NCBI GenBank assembly: GCA_043746535.1
Contig: JAYTQW010000345.1
Location: 1-45,345, forward strand
Reading direction: 5' to 3'
Length of the DNA: 45,345 nt
Origin: Rhodospirillales bacterium
Lineage (GTDB): Bacteria; Pseudomonadota; Alphaproteobacteria; Acetobacterales; Acetobacteraceae
The number at the start of each line of letters is the position of its first letter. Positions within the stretch are counted from its first letter, which is position 1. A model generated the notes under the pieces. That model did not search any database. It was not told where the DNA came from and worked only from the letters and a program-made list of their open reading frames with translations. Both the position numbers and the translations under genes were made by a program. Positions 21,067 through 30,513 of the stretch are shown one piece after another.

Positions 21067-22131
21067 TCAGGCGTGGGCCATCCAGTCGGCGGCGCGGCGG
21101 TCGGCGCCGGACAACAGCATTCCGGCGGGGTCCCGCATCCAGCCCAGGATATCGTTGATCGGCGCCGCGCGGCCATGGTCGCGCAGCAGCAGGTGGTAGC
21201 TGTTCGGGTAGTAGGCCAGCCGAACCCGCCGATGCCGCCCCAGCATCCGCCATGCCGCGCGCATCGCCGGCTTCGGCACCAGTTCGTCATGCCCGCCGTA
21301 CAGGAACAGCCCGGGCGCGGTGAATGCGGGGGCGGCGGCCAGGGCGTCGTCCATCAGGTCAACCAAGCCGCGCAGGGTGCGGAGGCGGGTGTCGTGCAAC
21401 GTCAGCGGATCGCGCGACAGCCGGCGCAGGGCGGCGATGTTGTCGCTGGCGCGCACCGTCACCGGCCCGCCGTCGCGCACGCTGTAGCCAGGCGCCGCGT
21501 GCGAGACCACCCACAGCCCGGTGCGCAGGAACAGGTCCATCTGCTCGCGGCCCCACACCGCCGGCGACGCCATGACATAGCCGGCGACACCGGCGACCTG
21601 CCGCGTGGCGGCCAGCCGCATCAGCACCGCGCCACCCATGCTCTCGCCCAACAGGAACAGCTTGCTGCCTGGATGCAGGCGCACCAGAAGTTCCGCCATC
21701 GCCTGCGCGTCCGCGGCCATCTGGTCGGCCCCGGCCCAGACGCCGCGCACGGCCGCTTCGCCAAAACCGCGCTGGTCGGGCGCATAGAAGGCGATGCCGA
21801 TGGCGGCGAAATCGGGCGCCGACAGCTCGAACGCATCGCGGCTGTCGTTGAAGCCATGCAGCGCCAGCACCACGGCATTCGGCTCGCCCGCCGGCAACCA
21901 GGCCCGCATCGGCAAGGCCACGCCGTCGGACATGACGAAGGCGCCGTCCAGTGTCGGCGGGTGCCCACGCTCGGCGGCCACTCTTGGCATTGCGGCGCAG
22001 CCGGCAAGCAAGGCGGCACTCGCCGACAGCAGGACCCGGCGCGTAACCCGACGCTGCGCGGCGTGCGGCGGGTTTGAAACAACCGGCGGCCCGACTATCA
22101 TGGAGGCCTGCCTCATCAGGGAGTCACCCAT
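21067..22131 (-). CDS. Alpha/beta hydrolase (lysophospholipase-like), probable lipoprotein
   Basis: HGFNDS and the nucleophile elbow [10 protein letters not shown]. Lipobox (SAALLAGC) preceded by an RR-containing n-region ([10 protein letters not shown]). The true start is probably an internal Met (22116 or 22101). Confidence 0.8.
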   Translation of the reverse strand: MGDSLMRQASMIVGPPVVSNPPHAAQRRVTRRVLLSASAALLAGCAAMPRVAAERGHPPTLDGAFVMSDGVALPMRAWLPAGEPNAVVLALHGFNDSRDAFELSAPDFAAIGIAFYAPDQRGFGEAAVRGVWAGADQMAADAQAMAELLVRLHPGSKLFLLGESMGGAVLMRLAATRQVAGVAGYVMASPAVWGREQMDLFLRTGLWVVSHAAPGYSVRDGGPVTVRASDNIAALRRLSRDPLTLHDTRLRTLRGLVDLMDDALAAAPAFTAPGLFLYGGHDELVPKPAMRAAWRMLGRHRRVRLAYYPNSYHLLLRDHGRAAPINDILGWMRDPAGMLLSGADRRAADWMAHA

Positions 22132-22372
22132 GCCGGACTACGTCCCGCCCGCGTCCGACGCCACGCTGCATCCCGGCACGCCGCATGCGCCGGTGGCCAA
22201 GCCCACCGAGATCATCGTGGTCGACGAACGTACCGTTGCATGCGACGGCGGCCAGGGCGCGCTGGGCCATCCGCGCGTGTGGCTGCGCATCCCCGGACGT
22301 GACACCATCTGCTCGTACTGCTCGCGGCAGTTCGTGCTGGCCGAAGGCGCTGGGAACGGCGGCGGCCACTGA
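22130..22372 (+). CDS. Zinc-finger (zf-CHCC type) domain protein
   Basis: 80 aa. [19 protein letters not shown]...ICSYCSRQF matches the C-x-n-H-x-n-C-x2-C zf-CHCC pattern. The stop lies 1 nt before the polA ATG. Confidence 0.8.
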   Translation: MPDYVPPASDATLHPGTPHAPVAKPTEIIVVDERTVACDGGQGALGHPRVWLRIPGRDTICSYCSRQFVLAEGAGNGGGH

Positions 22373-22373
22373 C

Positions 22374-25208
22374 ATGGGCGACGACGACGCCGCTGATCTG
22401 GCACTCGATGCGGCGGTCGAGGCCATGGAGGCGGGGCCGCCCGCGCCGAATGCGTCCGCACTGCATCTCATCCTGATCGACGGATCGGGCTTCATCTTCC
22501 GCGCCTTCCATGCTCTGCCGCCGATGAACCGCGCCGATGGCACGCCCGTCAACGCCGTGTTCGGCTTCACCAACATGCTGACGCGGCTGCTGCGCGACCA
22601 TGTCGGCACCCATATCGCCGTGATCTTCGATGCCGGGCGCACAACCTTCCGCAACCGGTTGTACGACCAGTATAAGGCGCACCGACCGGAGCCGCCGCCC
22701 GAGCTGGTGCCGCAATTCGCACTGGTGCGCGAGGCCACGCGCGCGTTCGGCGTCGCCGCCATCGAGCTGCCGGACTGGGAGGCCGACGACCTCATCGCCG
22801 CCTATGCGCGCGCCTGTGGCGAGATGGGCGGGCGCACCACCATCGTCTCGTCCGACAAGGACCTGATGCAGTTGGTGCGCGAAGGCGTCGACATGCTCGA
22901 CCCCATCAAGCAGAAGCCGATTGGCGCGGCCGACGTGATCGAGAAGTTCGGGGTGCCGCCGCACAAGCTGATCGACGTGCAGGCGCTGATGGGCGACAGC
23001 GTCGACAATGTGCCCGGCGTGCCCGGCATCGGCCCAAAAGGTGCGGCACAGCTCATCGTCGAATACGGCGACCTCGAAGGCGCGCTCGCCGCAGCCCCCG
23101 CCATGAAGCCGTCGAAGCGCCGTGACCTGCTCATTGCCTACGCCGAGCAGGCACGCCTGTCGCGCGTGCTGGTGACGCTGGACGACCGCGCGCCGCTGCC
23201 GGAGACGATCGAGAGCCTGGTGGTGCGGGAGCCGCAGCGCGGCGTGCTGCGCGCATGGCTGCACGAGCAGGGGTTCCGCAGCACCGCCACCCGCCTCGGC
23301 CTGGACGGCGGCGAGGTGATGCCAAGGGGTGCGCCGCAAGGCCAACTGGCGTTCACCGGGCAGCCCGCCGCCGAGCCGGCTGGACCGGGAGCGCCTGGGG
23401 AGAGCTTCGGCCCGTATGCCTGTGTCACCAAACTGGACGACCTGCAAAGCTGGGTGGCGGAGGGCGTGGCCGCCGGCGTCATCGCCATCGACACCGAGAC
23501 GGACGGCCTGGACGCCCTGCGTGCCAGCCTGATCGGCTTTTCGCTCGCGACCGCGCCCGGCCGTGCCTGCTATGTGCCATTGCGCCACACGGCGGAAGGG
23601 CCACAGATCGCTGTTGCGGACGCGCTCGCCGCACTCGCGCCGATGCTGGTCGATCCGGCGGTGCTGAAGGTGTTCCAGAACGAAAAATTCGATCAACTGA
23701 TCCTGACCGGCGCGGGCGCTCCACATGCCACGCCCACCGACGACGTGATGCTGATAAGCTGCGCGCTCGACGCCGGACGCCATGGCCACGGGCTCGACGA
23801 ACTATGCGCACTCCATCTCGGCCACACGCCGATCTCCTACAACCAGGTCACCGGAACCGGGCGCGCACGGCTGCCGTTCGCACAGGTGCCACTCGACCGC
23901 GCCACCGCCTATGCCGCCGAGGACGCCGACATGGCATGGCGGTTGTGGCAGGTGCTGCGGCCCCGGCTGCGCGAGGCGAAGGCGTTGTCCATCTATGAGC
24001 AGATGGAGCGCCGGCTGACCCCGGTGCTGATGGACATGGAGCGCGCCGGGGTAAAGGTGGATGCCGACGATCTGCGCGCCATGAGCCTGGATTTCGCCGC
24101 GCGCATGGCGGTGATCGAGGCGGAGGCGCACCGGCTGGCCGGCGACAGCTTCAACATCGGCAGCGCCAAGCAACTCGGCGAGGTGCTGTTCGACCGCATG
24201 AAGTTGCCGGGAGGCAAGCGCATGAAGACCGGCGCCTGGGGTACCGACGCCGCGGTGTTGCAGGCGCTGGCGGACCAGGGCGAGGCGTTGCCGGCGCGGG
24301 TGCTGGAGTGGCGGCAACTGGCCAAGCTGAAATCGACCTACGCCGACGCGCTGGTCGAGCAGATCAACCCCGCCACCGGGCGCGTCCACACCAGCTTCGC
24401 GATGGCCCTCACCAGCACCGGGCGGCTGTCCTCGACCGATCCCAATTTGCAGAATATCCCGATCCGCACCCAGGAAGGGGCGCGCATCCGCCGCGCCTTC
24501 GTGGCCGAGCCGGGGCATGTGCTGATCAGCGCCGACTACTCGCAGATCGAGTTGCGGCTGTTGGCCCATGTCGCCGACATCCCGGCCCTGCGCGACAGCT
24601 TCCGCGCCGGTGAGGACATCCACGCCCGCACCGCCAGCGAGGTGTTCGGCGTGCCGATGGCGCGGATGGACAGCGCCACCCGCCGCCGCGCCAAGGCGAT
24701 CAACTTCGGCATCATCTACGGCATCAGCGCATTCGGCCTCGGCCGGCAGCTCGGCATCGAGCCGGGCGAGGCGCGCGGCTATATCGAGGCCTATTTCGCC
24801 CGCTATCCCACCATTCGCGACTACATCCGACGCACCCGCGAGGAGGCGCGCAGCTATGGCTTCGTGCTGACCCCGTTCGGGCGGCGCTGCTGGGTGCCCG
24901 GCATCGCCGAAAAGAACGCGGCCATGCGCAGCTACGCCGAACGCCAGGCGAGCAACGCGCCGTTGCAGGGCGGAGCCGCCGACATCATCAAACGGGCCAT
25001 GGTGCGCCTGCCACAGGCACTGCGCGACGCCGGGCTGTCGGCACGGCTGCTGTTGCAGGTGCATGACGAACTGCTGTTCGAGGCGAGCGAGGCGGAGGCC
25101 TCCGCCACCGCCGCCCTGGCACAGTCGGTGATGCAGGCGGCGGCAACATTGTCGGTGCCGCTGGTGGTGGAGACCGGGACCGGGCGGACCTGGGCGGAGG
25201 CGCACTGA
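22374..25208 (+). CDS. polA: DNA polymerase I
   Basis: 944 aa from MGDDDAAD. 5' nuclease (LILIDGSGFIFRAFHAL), 3'-5' exonuclease (IAIDTETDGLD), and polymerase motifs (DYSQIELRLLAH, RRRAKAINFGIIYG, QVHDELLFE). Confidence 0.95.
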   Translation: MGDDDAADLALDAAVEAMEAGPPAPNASALHLILIDGSGFIFRAFHALPPMNRADGTPVNAVFGFTNMLTRLLRDHVGTHIAVIFDAGRTTFRNRLYDQYKAHRPEPPPELVPQFALVREATRAFGVAAIELPDWEADDLIAAYARACGEMGGRTTIVSSDKDLMQLVREGVDMLDPIKQKPIGAADVIEKFGVPPHKLIDVQALMGDSVDNVPGVPGIGPKGAAQLIVEYGDLEGALAAAPAMKPSKRRDLLIAYAEQARLSRVLVTLDDRAPLPETIESLVVREPQRGVLRAWLHEQGFRSTATRLGLDGGEVMPRGAPQGQLAFTGQPAAEPAGPGAPGESFGPYACVTKLDDLQSWVAEGVAAGVIAIDTETDGLDALRASLIGFSLATAPGRACYVPLRHTAEGPQIAVADALAALAPMLVDPAVLKVFQNEKFDQLILTGAGAPHATPTDDVMLISCALDAGRHGHGLDELCALHLGHTPISYNQVTGTGRARLPFAQVPLDRATAYAAEDADMAWRLWQVLRPRLREAKALSIYEQMERRLTPVLMDMERAGVKVDADDLRAMSLDFAARMAVIEAEAHRLAGDSFNIGSAKQLGEVLFDRMKLPGGKRMKTGAWGTDAAVLQALADQGEALPARVLEWRQLAKLKSTYADALVEQINPATGRVHTSFAMALTSTGRLSSTDPNLQNIPIRTQEGARIRRAFVAEPGHVLISADYSQIELRLLAHVADIPALRDSFRAGEDIHARTASEVFGVPMARMDSATRRRAKAINFGIIYGISAFGLGRQLGIEPGEARGYIEAYFARYPTIRDYIRRTREEARSYGFVLTPFGRRCWVPGIAEKNAAMRSYAERQASNAPLQGGAADIIKRAMVRLPQALRDAGLSARLLLQVHDELLFEASEAEASATAALAQSVMQAAATLSVPLVVETGTGRTWAEAH

Positions 25209-25236
25209 TAATGCCTCTCCAAAAAGCCAGGCAAGC

Positions 25237-25258
25237 AGTGCTTTTTTGCAAAAAAGCA
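25237..25258. repeat. Perfect 22-bp palindrome GTGCTTTTTTGCAAAAAAGCAC (possible polA terminator or binding site)
   Basis: Self-complementary on direct reading. Lies 29 nt after the polA stop in an AT-rich spacer. Confidence 0.6.
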
Positions 25259-25325
25259 CCAAAAAACTTTGACTGATTAAGCGTGCGTTTGCTCTACCTC
25301 GCGCATCGGCGGAGAAAAGGTTTTT

Positions 25326-25347
25326 GCTTCTTTTTACAAAAAGAAGC
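25326..25347. repeat. Palindrome GCTTCTTTTT-AC-AAAAAGAAGC (possible modC terminator or binding site)
   Basis: 10-bp arms with a 2-nt centre, same architecture as 25237..25258. Lies about 40 nt downstream of the modC stop on the minus strand. Confidence 0.6.
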
Positions 25348-25386
25348 GCTTCCTCACTGTGTGCAATCGTCATGGCGTGATCGGCA

Positions 25387-26466
25387 TCAAGCCGCGACGA
25401 TCAGCTCCACCGAGACCGACTTGATCAACGCCAGCACCGGCGCTCCCGGCGCCAGTTGCAGGCGGACCAGCGCGTCCGGCGTCACCCGGGCCAGCAGCAC
25501 GCAACCGCCCGCCGCAATCTCGACCATGGCGGTATGGCGGCGCTGGTCGATGCTGGCCGCCCGGACGTGGCCGGGGATGATGTTGTGCAGGCTGATTTCC
25601 CGGGGCGCCGCCGTCGCCAGGATGATCTCCCGCGCCAGCACGCGGATACGGCACCGGGCGCTCACCGATAGCGGCAGCAGCGGCGCCCACAGTTCCAGCG
25701 CATGGGCGCGCAGCAGGGTCAGGCGGCGCGCTGTGTCATGGGCGAGCACGGTTGCCACGAGCACGCTGCCGGCATCGTCGCGGGCTGCCAGGGCCACACC
25801 GCTCTGGGCTGAGAGATGCTCCAGCGTCCCCTGAGCCATCAGGCGGCCGGCGTCCAGCATGACGACGTGATCGGCCAGTGCCACCAGTTCGTCCATCGCA
25901 TGCGTGACATAAACAATCGGGATGCCGAGCGTGTCGCGCAACTGTGCCAGGAACGGCAGGATTTCCGCCTTGCGGGCGGCATCGAGGCTGGCGAGCGGCT
26001 CGTCCATCAGCAGCAGGCGCGGTTGCGACAACACCGCCCGGCCAATCGCCACGCGCTGGCGTTCGCCCCCCGACAGCGTGTGCGGCTGCCGCCGCAGCAA
26101 GGGACGCAAGGCAAGGAGCTCGACCACCCGCTTAGTACCGATCGGCCCCGGCGGGGCACGGCGTTGGCCATAGGCCAGGTTGGCGGCGACGCTCATATGC
26201 GGGAACAGGCGCGGCTCCTGGAACACCATGCCGATCCGCCGCGCCTCCGGGCGCAGCCAGATCCCGGCCTCGCTGTCGGACAGGATGGCGCCGCCCAGGG
26301 CCACGCGACTGGATTGTGGCCGCAACAGGCCGGCCACGGCGGCGACGATGGTGGATTTGCCAGCGCCGGATGGCCCGAACAGGACGGTCGCCTGGGGCGA
26401 GGGCGCGCTGAACGCGACATCCAGGGTAAAACCACCCTGGCGATGCCGGAGCGCCACCTCGATCAT
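25387..26466 (-). CDS. modC: Molybdate ABC transporter ATP-binding protein
   Basis: 359 aa from MIEVALRH. Walker A (GPSGAGKST), LSGGERQRVAIGRA, LLLMDEPLASLD, and a C-terminal Mop/TOBE-like domain. Confidence 0.92.
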   Translation of the reverse strand: MIEVALRHRQGGFTLDVAFSAPSPQATVLFGPSGAGKSTIVAAVAGLLRPQSSRVALGGAILSDSEAGIWLRPEARRIGMVFQEPRLFPHMSVAANLAYGQRRAPPGPIGTKRVVELLALRPLLRRQPHTLSGGERQRVAIGRAVLSQPRLLLMDEPLASLDAARKAEILPFLAQLRDTLGIPIVYVTHAMDELVALADHVVMLDAGRLMAQGTLEHLSAQSGVALAARDDAGSVLVATVLAHDTARRLTLLRAHALELWAPLLPLSVSARCRIRVLAREIILATAAPREISLHNIIPGHVRAASIDQRRHTAMVEIAAGGCVLLARVTPDALVRLQLAPGAPVLALIKSVSVELIVAA

Positions 26467-27149
26467 CGGCCGATACGGCGATCCAGCCAGCGCCCACCCG
26501 CATCCGCCGCCAGCAGCAACACGAGCGCCAGCACGACGGAGATGATGGATAGGCGAGCCGCGGTGGCATCGCCACCGGCACTCTGCAACGCGCTGTAGAT
26601 CGCCAACGGCAACGTCTGGGTCTGGCCGGGGATGTTGGCGGCGAAGGTGATGACCGCGCCGAACTCGCCGAGGCAGGCGGCGAACCCGATCAATGCCGCC
26701 GCCAGGATACCGGGTGCCGCCAACGGCAAGGTGATCGTGAGCAGGCGGTCGAGCGGACCGGCCCCCAAGGTGCGGGCAGCCTGTTCGAGCGCCGCCTCGC
26801 CGGCATCGAGCGCCTGGCGGATTGGCCGCACCATCAGCGGCAATGTCATGGCAATGCAGGCGATGGCCGCGCCCCAGGTGGTGAACACCAGCCGGATGCC
26901 GAACTGGGCCAGCAATACGGCGCCGATCGGCCCACGTACGCCCAACAGCATCAGCAACATCCAGCCGATCACCACCGGCGGCAACACGATGGGCAGATGC
27001 ACGAGCGCGTCGAGCACGGCGCGGCCGGCGAAGCGCCCGCGCGACAACAGCAATGCCAGCAGAAGCGCCAACGGCAGGCCGCACACGGTGCTGCGTGCGG
27101 CCACCACCAGGGTGAGGTGGACGATGACCCAGTCATGTGCCGTCAGCAC
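26463..27149 (-). CDS. modB: Molybdate ABC transporter permease
   Basis: 228 aa from a GTG start, with the permease EAA-type loop (LEQAARTLGAGPLDRLLTITLPLAAPG). Overlaps the modC start by 4 nt. Confidence 0.9.
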   Translation of the reverse strand: MLTAHDWVIVHLTLVVAARSTVCGLPLALLLALLLSRGRFAGRAVLDALVHLPIVLPPVVIGWMLLMLLGVRGPIGAVLLAQFGIRLVFTTWGAAIACIAMTLPLMVRPIRQALDAGEAALEQAARTLGAGPLDRLLTITLPLAAPGILAAALIGFAACLGEFGAVITFAANIPGQTQTLPLAIYSALQSAGGDATAARLSIISVVLALVLLLAADAGGRWLDRRIGR

Positions 27150-27150
27150 A

Positions 27151-27924
27151 TCAGGGAGTTCCCAGCACCTGAAAGCCCGCCGCCTGGAACAGCGCGCGCG
27201 CCTCCGGGCCGGCAAGGAAGCCGAGCAGGGCGCGCGCTTGCGGGGTGTCGCCAGCGCGGGTGACGGCGAACGGGTACACGATCGGCTCGTGACTGGCGTC
27301 CGGGACGACTCCCAAAATCCGGACATTCGGCACCAGGGCGGTATCGGTGGCATAGACGATGCCGACCGGCGCCTCGCCACGCGCGACCAGTTGCAGCGCG
27401 GAGCGCACACTGTCGGCCCGCGCCAGACGCGGCTCCAGGCGTGCCCACAGGCCCAGTTGAGTGAGCGATTGCTGCGCGTAGATGCCCGCCGGGACGTGGC
27501 TAGGGTCGCCCACGGCGAGGCGTCCATTGGCTCCCAGCAAGGTCATCAGGTCGGGCATACCGTGTGTCGCGGCCGTCAGGTTGCTGGCGGGCACGACGAT
27601 GACGAGGCTGTTTCCCAGCAGGTCACGCCTGGTGTCGGCCGCAAGCAAATGCCGCGTGGCTGCCCAATCCATCCATTGCCTGTCGGCGGAAGCGAAGATG
27701 CTGGCCGTGGCACCCTGGTCGAGCTGGCGTGCCAAGGTCGAACTGGCAGCGAAATTGAAGCGCAACGCCTCATGGCCGTTTGCCTGCCAACGTGATGCGA
27801 CCTGCTTCATCACGTCCGTCAAGCTGGCAGCCGCGAACACGATCAGGCCCTCCGCATGCGCCTGCGAGACAGGCCCAAACAGCAGCGACAGCAGCAGCAG
27901 CCCGCTCACCAATATCCGCCGCAT
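27151..27924 (-). CDS. modA: Molybdate ABC transporter periplasmic binding protein
   Basis: Signal peptide (LLLLSLLFGPVSQAHA), then VFAAASLTDVM...FNFAASSTLARQLDQGA...FASAD, typical of ModA. AGGAGG lies upstream. Confidence 0.9.
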   Translation of the reverse strand: MRRILVSGLLLLSLLFGPVSQAHAEGLIVFAAASLTDVMKQVASRWQANGHEALRFNFAASSTLARQLDQGATASIFASADRQWMDWAATRHLLAADTRRDLLGNSLVIVVPASNLTAATHGMPDLMTLLGANGRLAVGDPSHVPAGIYAQQSLTQLGLWARLEPRLARADSVRSALQLVARGEAPVGIVYATDTALVPNVRILGVVPDASHEPIVYPFAVTRAGDTPQARALLGFLAGPEARALFQAAGFQVLGTP

Positions 27925-27951
27925 CGATGGATTCCCGCCTCCTGGTGAGAC

Positions 27952-27975
27952 CGCTATACGCGATCGGGTATGACG
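27952..27975. promoter_or_regulatory. Candidate ModE-type Mo-box operator upstream of modA
   Basis: CGCTATACGCGATCGGGTATGACG is an imperfect 24-bp palindrome (18/24 self-complementary). Its left half is CGnTATA-like. It lies 28-51 nt upstream of the modA ATG. Confidence 0.3.
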
Positions 27976-27995
27976 CCGCCAGGAAGACCGAGCCC

Positions 27996-28967
27996 TTATG
28001 GCACCAGGATGGTGCTGCCGGTGGTCTGCCTCGCCTCCAAGGCCGCATGGGCGGCAGCGGCTTCGCGCAGCGGGAAGCTCTGGTTCACCGCCACACTGAT
28101 GGCGCCGCTACGGACCGCCTCGAACAGCGTCGCGGCGGCGCTGCGCAATTCGCTGGTCTTGGCCATATAGGTGGCAAGGCTGGGCCTGGTCAGGAACAGG
28201 CTGCCCTTGGCGGCGAGTTGGCTGATATCGACCGGGGGCACCGGGCCGGATGCATTGCCGAAGCTGACCATCAGCCCCAACGGCGCCAGGCAGTCCAGGC
28301 TGGCCTCGAAGGTGTCGCGCCCGATGCTGTCATAGACGACCGGCACCATCGCGCCATGGGTCAGCCGCTTCACCGTCGCGGGCAGGTCGTCATAGCCGAC
28401 GATCACCTCCGCCGCGCCATACGCCCGGGCAATGTCCGCCTTGGCGGCCGAGGACACCACGCCAATGACATGCGCGCCCAGATGCCGCGCCCATTGGCAC
28501 AGGAACAGCCCCACCCCGCCGGCGGCGGCATGCACCAGTATGGTGACACCTGGACGGACCACGAAGGTCCGATGCAGCAGGTAATGCGCGGTGATGCCTT
28601 GCAGCATAACCGCAGCCGCAGTGGCGGCCGGCATCCAATCCGGCAAGGGCACCGCTCGGTCCGCCGGCAGCACCCGTTCGGTGGCATAGCCCCCGGGCGG
28701 CCCACCGCAATAAGCCACCCGGTCCCCAGGTCTGATATCGGTCACGGCAGCTCCGGCCTTCAGGACGACGCCGGCGCCTTCAAGGCCGATGATCGCGGGC
28801 AACTGCGTCTTGTAGACGCCGGTGCGAAAGTAGACGTCGATATAGTTCAGCCCGATCGCCTCATGTCGCAGCAGTATTTCATTGGCCGCGGGTTCTGGCG
28901 TAGGCACATGCTCCCATTGTAGGACCGAAGGCCCTCCAGTGGCGTGCATACGAATCGCTTCGGTCAT
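27996..28967 (-). CDS. qor: NADPH:quinone oxidoreductase (zeta-crystallin/MDR family)
   Basis: 323 aa from MTEAIRMHA. GLNYIDVYFRTGVY, GLEGAGVV and the nucleotide motif HAAAGGVGL. Confidence 0.88.
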   Translation of the reverse strand: MTEAIRMHATGGPSVLQWEHVPTPEPAANEILLRHEAIGLNYIDVYFRTGVYKTQLPAIIGLEGAGVVLKAGAAVTDIRPGDRVAYCGGPPGGYATERVLPADRAVPLPDWMPAATAAAVMLQGITAHYLLHRTFVVRPGVTILVHAAAGGVGLFLCQWARHLGAHVIGVVSSAAKADIARAYGAAEVIVGYDDLPATVKRLTHGAMVPVVYDSIGRDTFEASLDCLAPLGLMVSFGNASGPVPPVDISQLAAKGSLFLTRPSLATYMAKTSELRSAAATLFEAVRSGAISVAVNQSFPLREAAAAHAALEARQTTGSTILVP

Positions 28968-29087
28968 GAACTCAGCCTCTTCAGGATTCGATGCGTGTGG
29001 GACGTGTGCGTGGCGCGAAATCGATTGGTCGAACGGGCTGATCCCTGTCGGACCTTCGTGCATGTGGAAAGGACGGGGACGATCACT

Positions 29088-29687
29088 ATGAGCGCTGCAC
29101 AAGAGTTGTTGGACAGTGTTCCACGTGAAACAATGGTGCGCCTCGAGCGATATGTCGCATTGCTGGAGCGATGGGCGGCGCGCGTCAACCTTGTCGGACG
29201 TTCCACAATCCCCGATCTTTGGACTCGCCATGTCGCCGATTGCCTACAGTTGCAGGCTTCGATGTCGCAGGACGTTACCCATGCGGTCGATGTCGGCAGC
29301 GGCGCCGGCTTCCCCGGCCTCGTACTCGCCATTGCGACCGGCACATATTTCACCCTGGTGGAGTCCGACAGCCGCAAAGCCGCCTTTTTGAACGAGGCCA
29401 TTCGTGTGACCAGCGCCCCGGCCGAAGTGTTCAACGGACGCTTCGAGCTTAAGCGTTCGCTGGCGCCACTGATCACCGCGCGCGCGTTCGCCCCGCTCCG
29501 GCACATCTTGACGGCCACTCCCGCAGCCCAGCGCGACATCGCGACATACCTGTTGTTGAAAGGTGGGTCAGCACGTGCGGAGATAGACGAAGCACGGCAG
29601 GATTTTGCGTTTGACCTCGACTTGATCCCTAGCTTGACCGATACCCGAGGGAGTATTTTGAAGTTGCGCAATGTCCGTCCGATCTGA
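29088..29687 (+). CDS. rsmG: 16S rRNA (guanine527-N7)-methyltransferase RsmG (GidB)
   Basis: 199 aa. NLVGRSTIPDLWTRHVADCLQL and the SAM motif VDVGSGAGFPGLVLA. Lies directly upstream of parAB. Confidence 0.9.
   Translation: MSAAQELLDSVPRETMVRLERYVALLERWAARVNLVGRSTIPDLWTRHVADCLQLQASMSQDVTHAVDVGSGAGFPGLVLAIATGTYFTLVESDSRKAAFLNEAIRVTSAPAEVFNGRFELKRSLAPLITARAFAPLRHILTATPAAQRDIATYLLLKGGSARAEIDEARQDFAFDLDLIPSLTDTRGSILKLRNVRPI
29117..29132. promoter_or_regulatory. parS centromere-like site
   Basis: TGTTCCACGTGAAACA matches the widely conserved parS consensus TGTTNCACGTGAAACA. It lies within the 5' part of rsmG, about 0.55 kb upstream of parA. Confidence 0.8.
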
Positions 29688-30513
29688 GCCGAAGCTACCG
29701 AAATTCGTCGCCCCCCGTTGCATCGCCGTGGCCAACCAAAAGGGGGGCGTCGGCAAAACCACCACCGCCGTCAACCTGGCCGCCGCAATGGCGGCTCGTG
29801 GCGACCGTATCCTGCTCATCGACCTCGATCCACAGGGCAACGCCTCCACCAACCTTGGCAGCGGTCGCGGCTCCACCGAGAATGACAGCTACCGATTGCT
29901 GACCGACGCTGACGCGGCCAACTTGCTGCCACAGGCAACCGGGGTCGCCCGGCTGTCGCTTATCCCAGCCAACATGGACTTGGTGGGCGCCGAAATCGAG
30001 CTGGTCGGCATCGCCCAGCGGGAGCATCAGCTACAGGCCGCCCTGAACCGTCTCGGAGTATTGACCGAGTACCACGCCGTCGTCATCGATTGCCCGCCAT
30101 CGCTTGGCCTGCTCACCATCAATGCCCTGGTGGCGGCGGACGCCGTGCTGATCCCGCTGCAATGCGAGTTCTTTGCCCTGGAGGGCCTGGCGCACCTGAT
30201 GCGGACCATCGCCACGGTCCGTCAAAAACTCAATCCCGGCTTGCAGATCGAAGGCATCCTGCTGACCATGTTCGATCGCCGCAACAACCTGTCCGAACTG
30301 GTCGCCGCCGATGCACGCAGCTTCTTTGGCGACAAGATCCTGGAGACGGTCATCCCCCGCAACGTCCGCATCTCCGAAGCACCCAGTCACGGTCAGCCGG
30401 TTTCCACCTACGACCCACGCTCGCCCGGCGCGTTGTCCTATGCGCGCCTGGCTGAAGAGCTGAGCCAACGCCAGACGCGACATGTGCCCGCAGCACTGCG
30501 GCGGCCAGCATGA
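29671..30513 (+). CDS. parA: Chromosome partitioning ATPase ParA
   Basis: The deviant Walker A motif KGGVGKTT in the context [18 protein letters not shown], followed by [12 protein letters not shown]. Confidence 0.95.
   Translation: MSVRSEPKLPKFVAPRCIAVANQKGGVGKTTTAVNLAAAMAARGDRILLIDLDPQGNASTNLGSGRGSTENDSYRLLTDADAANLLPQATGVARLSLIPANMDLVGAEIELVGIAQREHQLQAALNRLGVLTEYHAVVIDCPPSLGLLTINALVAADAVLIPLQCEFFALEGLAHLMRTIATVRQKLNPGLQIEGILLTMFDRRNNLSELVAADARSFFGDKILETVIPRNVRISEAPSHGQPVSTYDPRSPGALSYARLAEELSQRQTRHVPAALRRPA

Noticed and set aside
22129-22132. CATG overlap of divergent start codons between the hydrolase ORF and the zf-CHCC gene.
   Set aside because: The hydrolase almost certainly starts at an internal Met nearer its RR/lipobox signal. 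The overlap is an artefact of taking the longest ORF.
25209-25386. The AT-rich spacer as a candidate oriC.
   Set aside because: I could not find TTATCCACA-like DnaA boxes or an AT-rich 13-mer array. The region lies between convergent gene ends and far from dnaA or hemE type markers.
27925-27995. A Moco riboswitch upstream of modA.
   Set aside because: Only 71 nt are available between the modA ATG and the qor stop. That is too short for the ~130-nt Moco RNA motif, and I saw no matching conserved stems.
29020-29075. Possible DnaA-box-like sequence (complement of catgtggaaag, read as CTTTCCACA) in the qor/rsmG divergent region.
   Set aside because: It has two mismatches to TTATCCACA, occurs only once, and has no cluster of boxes nearby.
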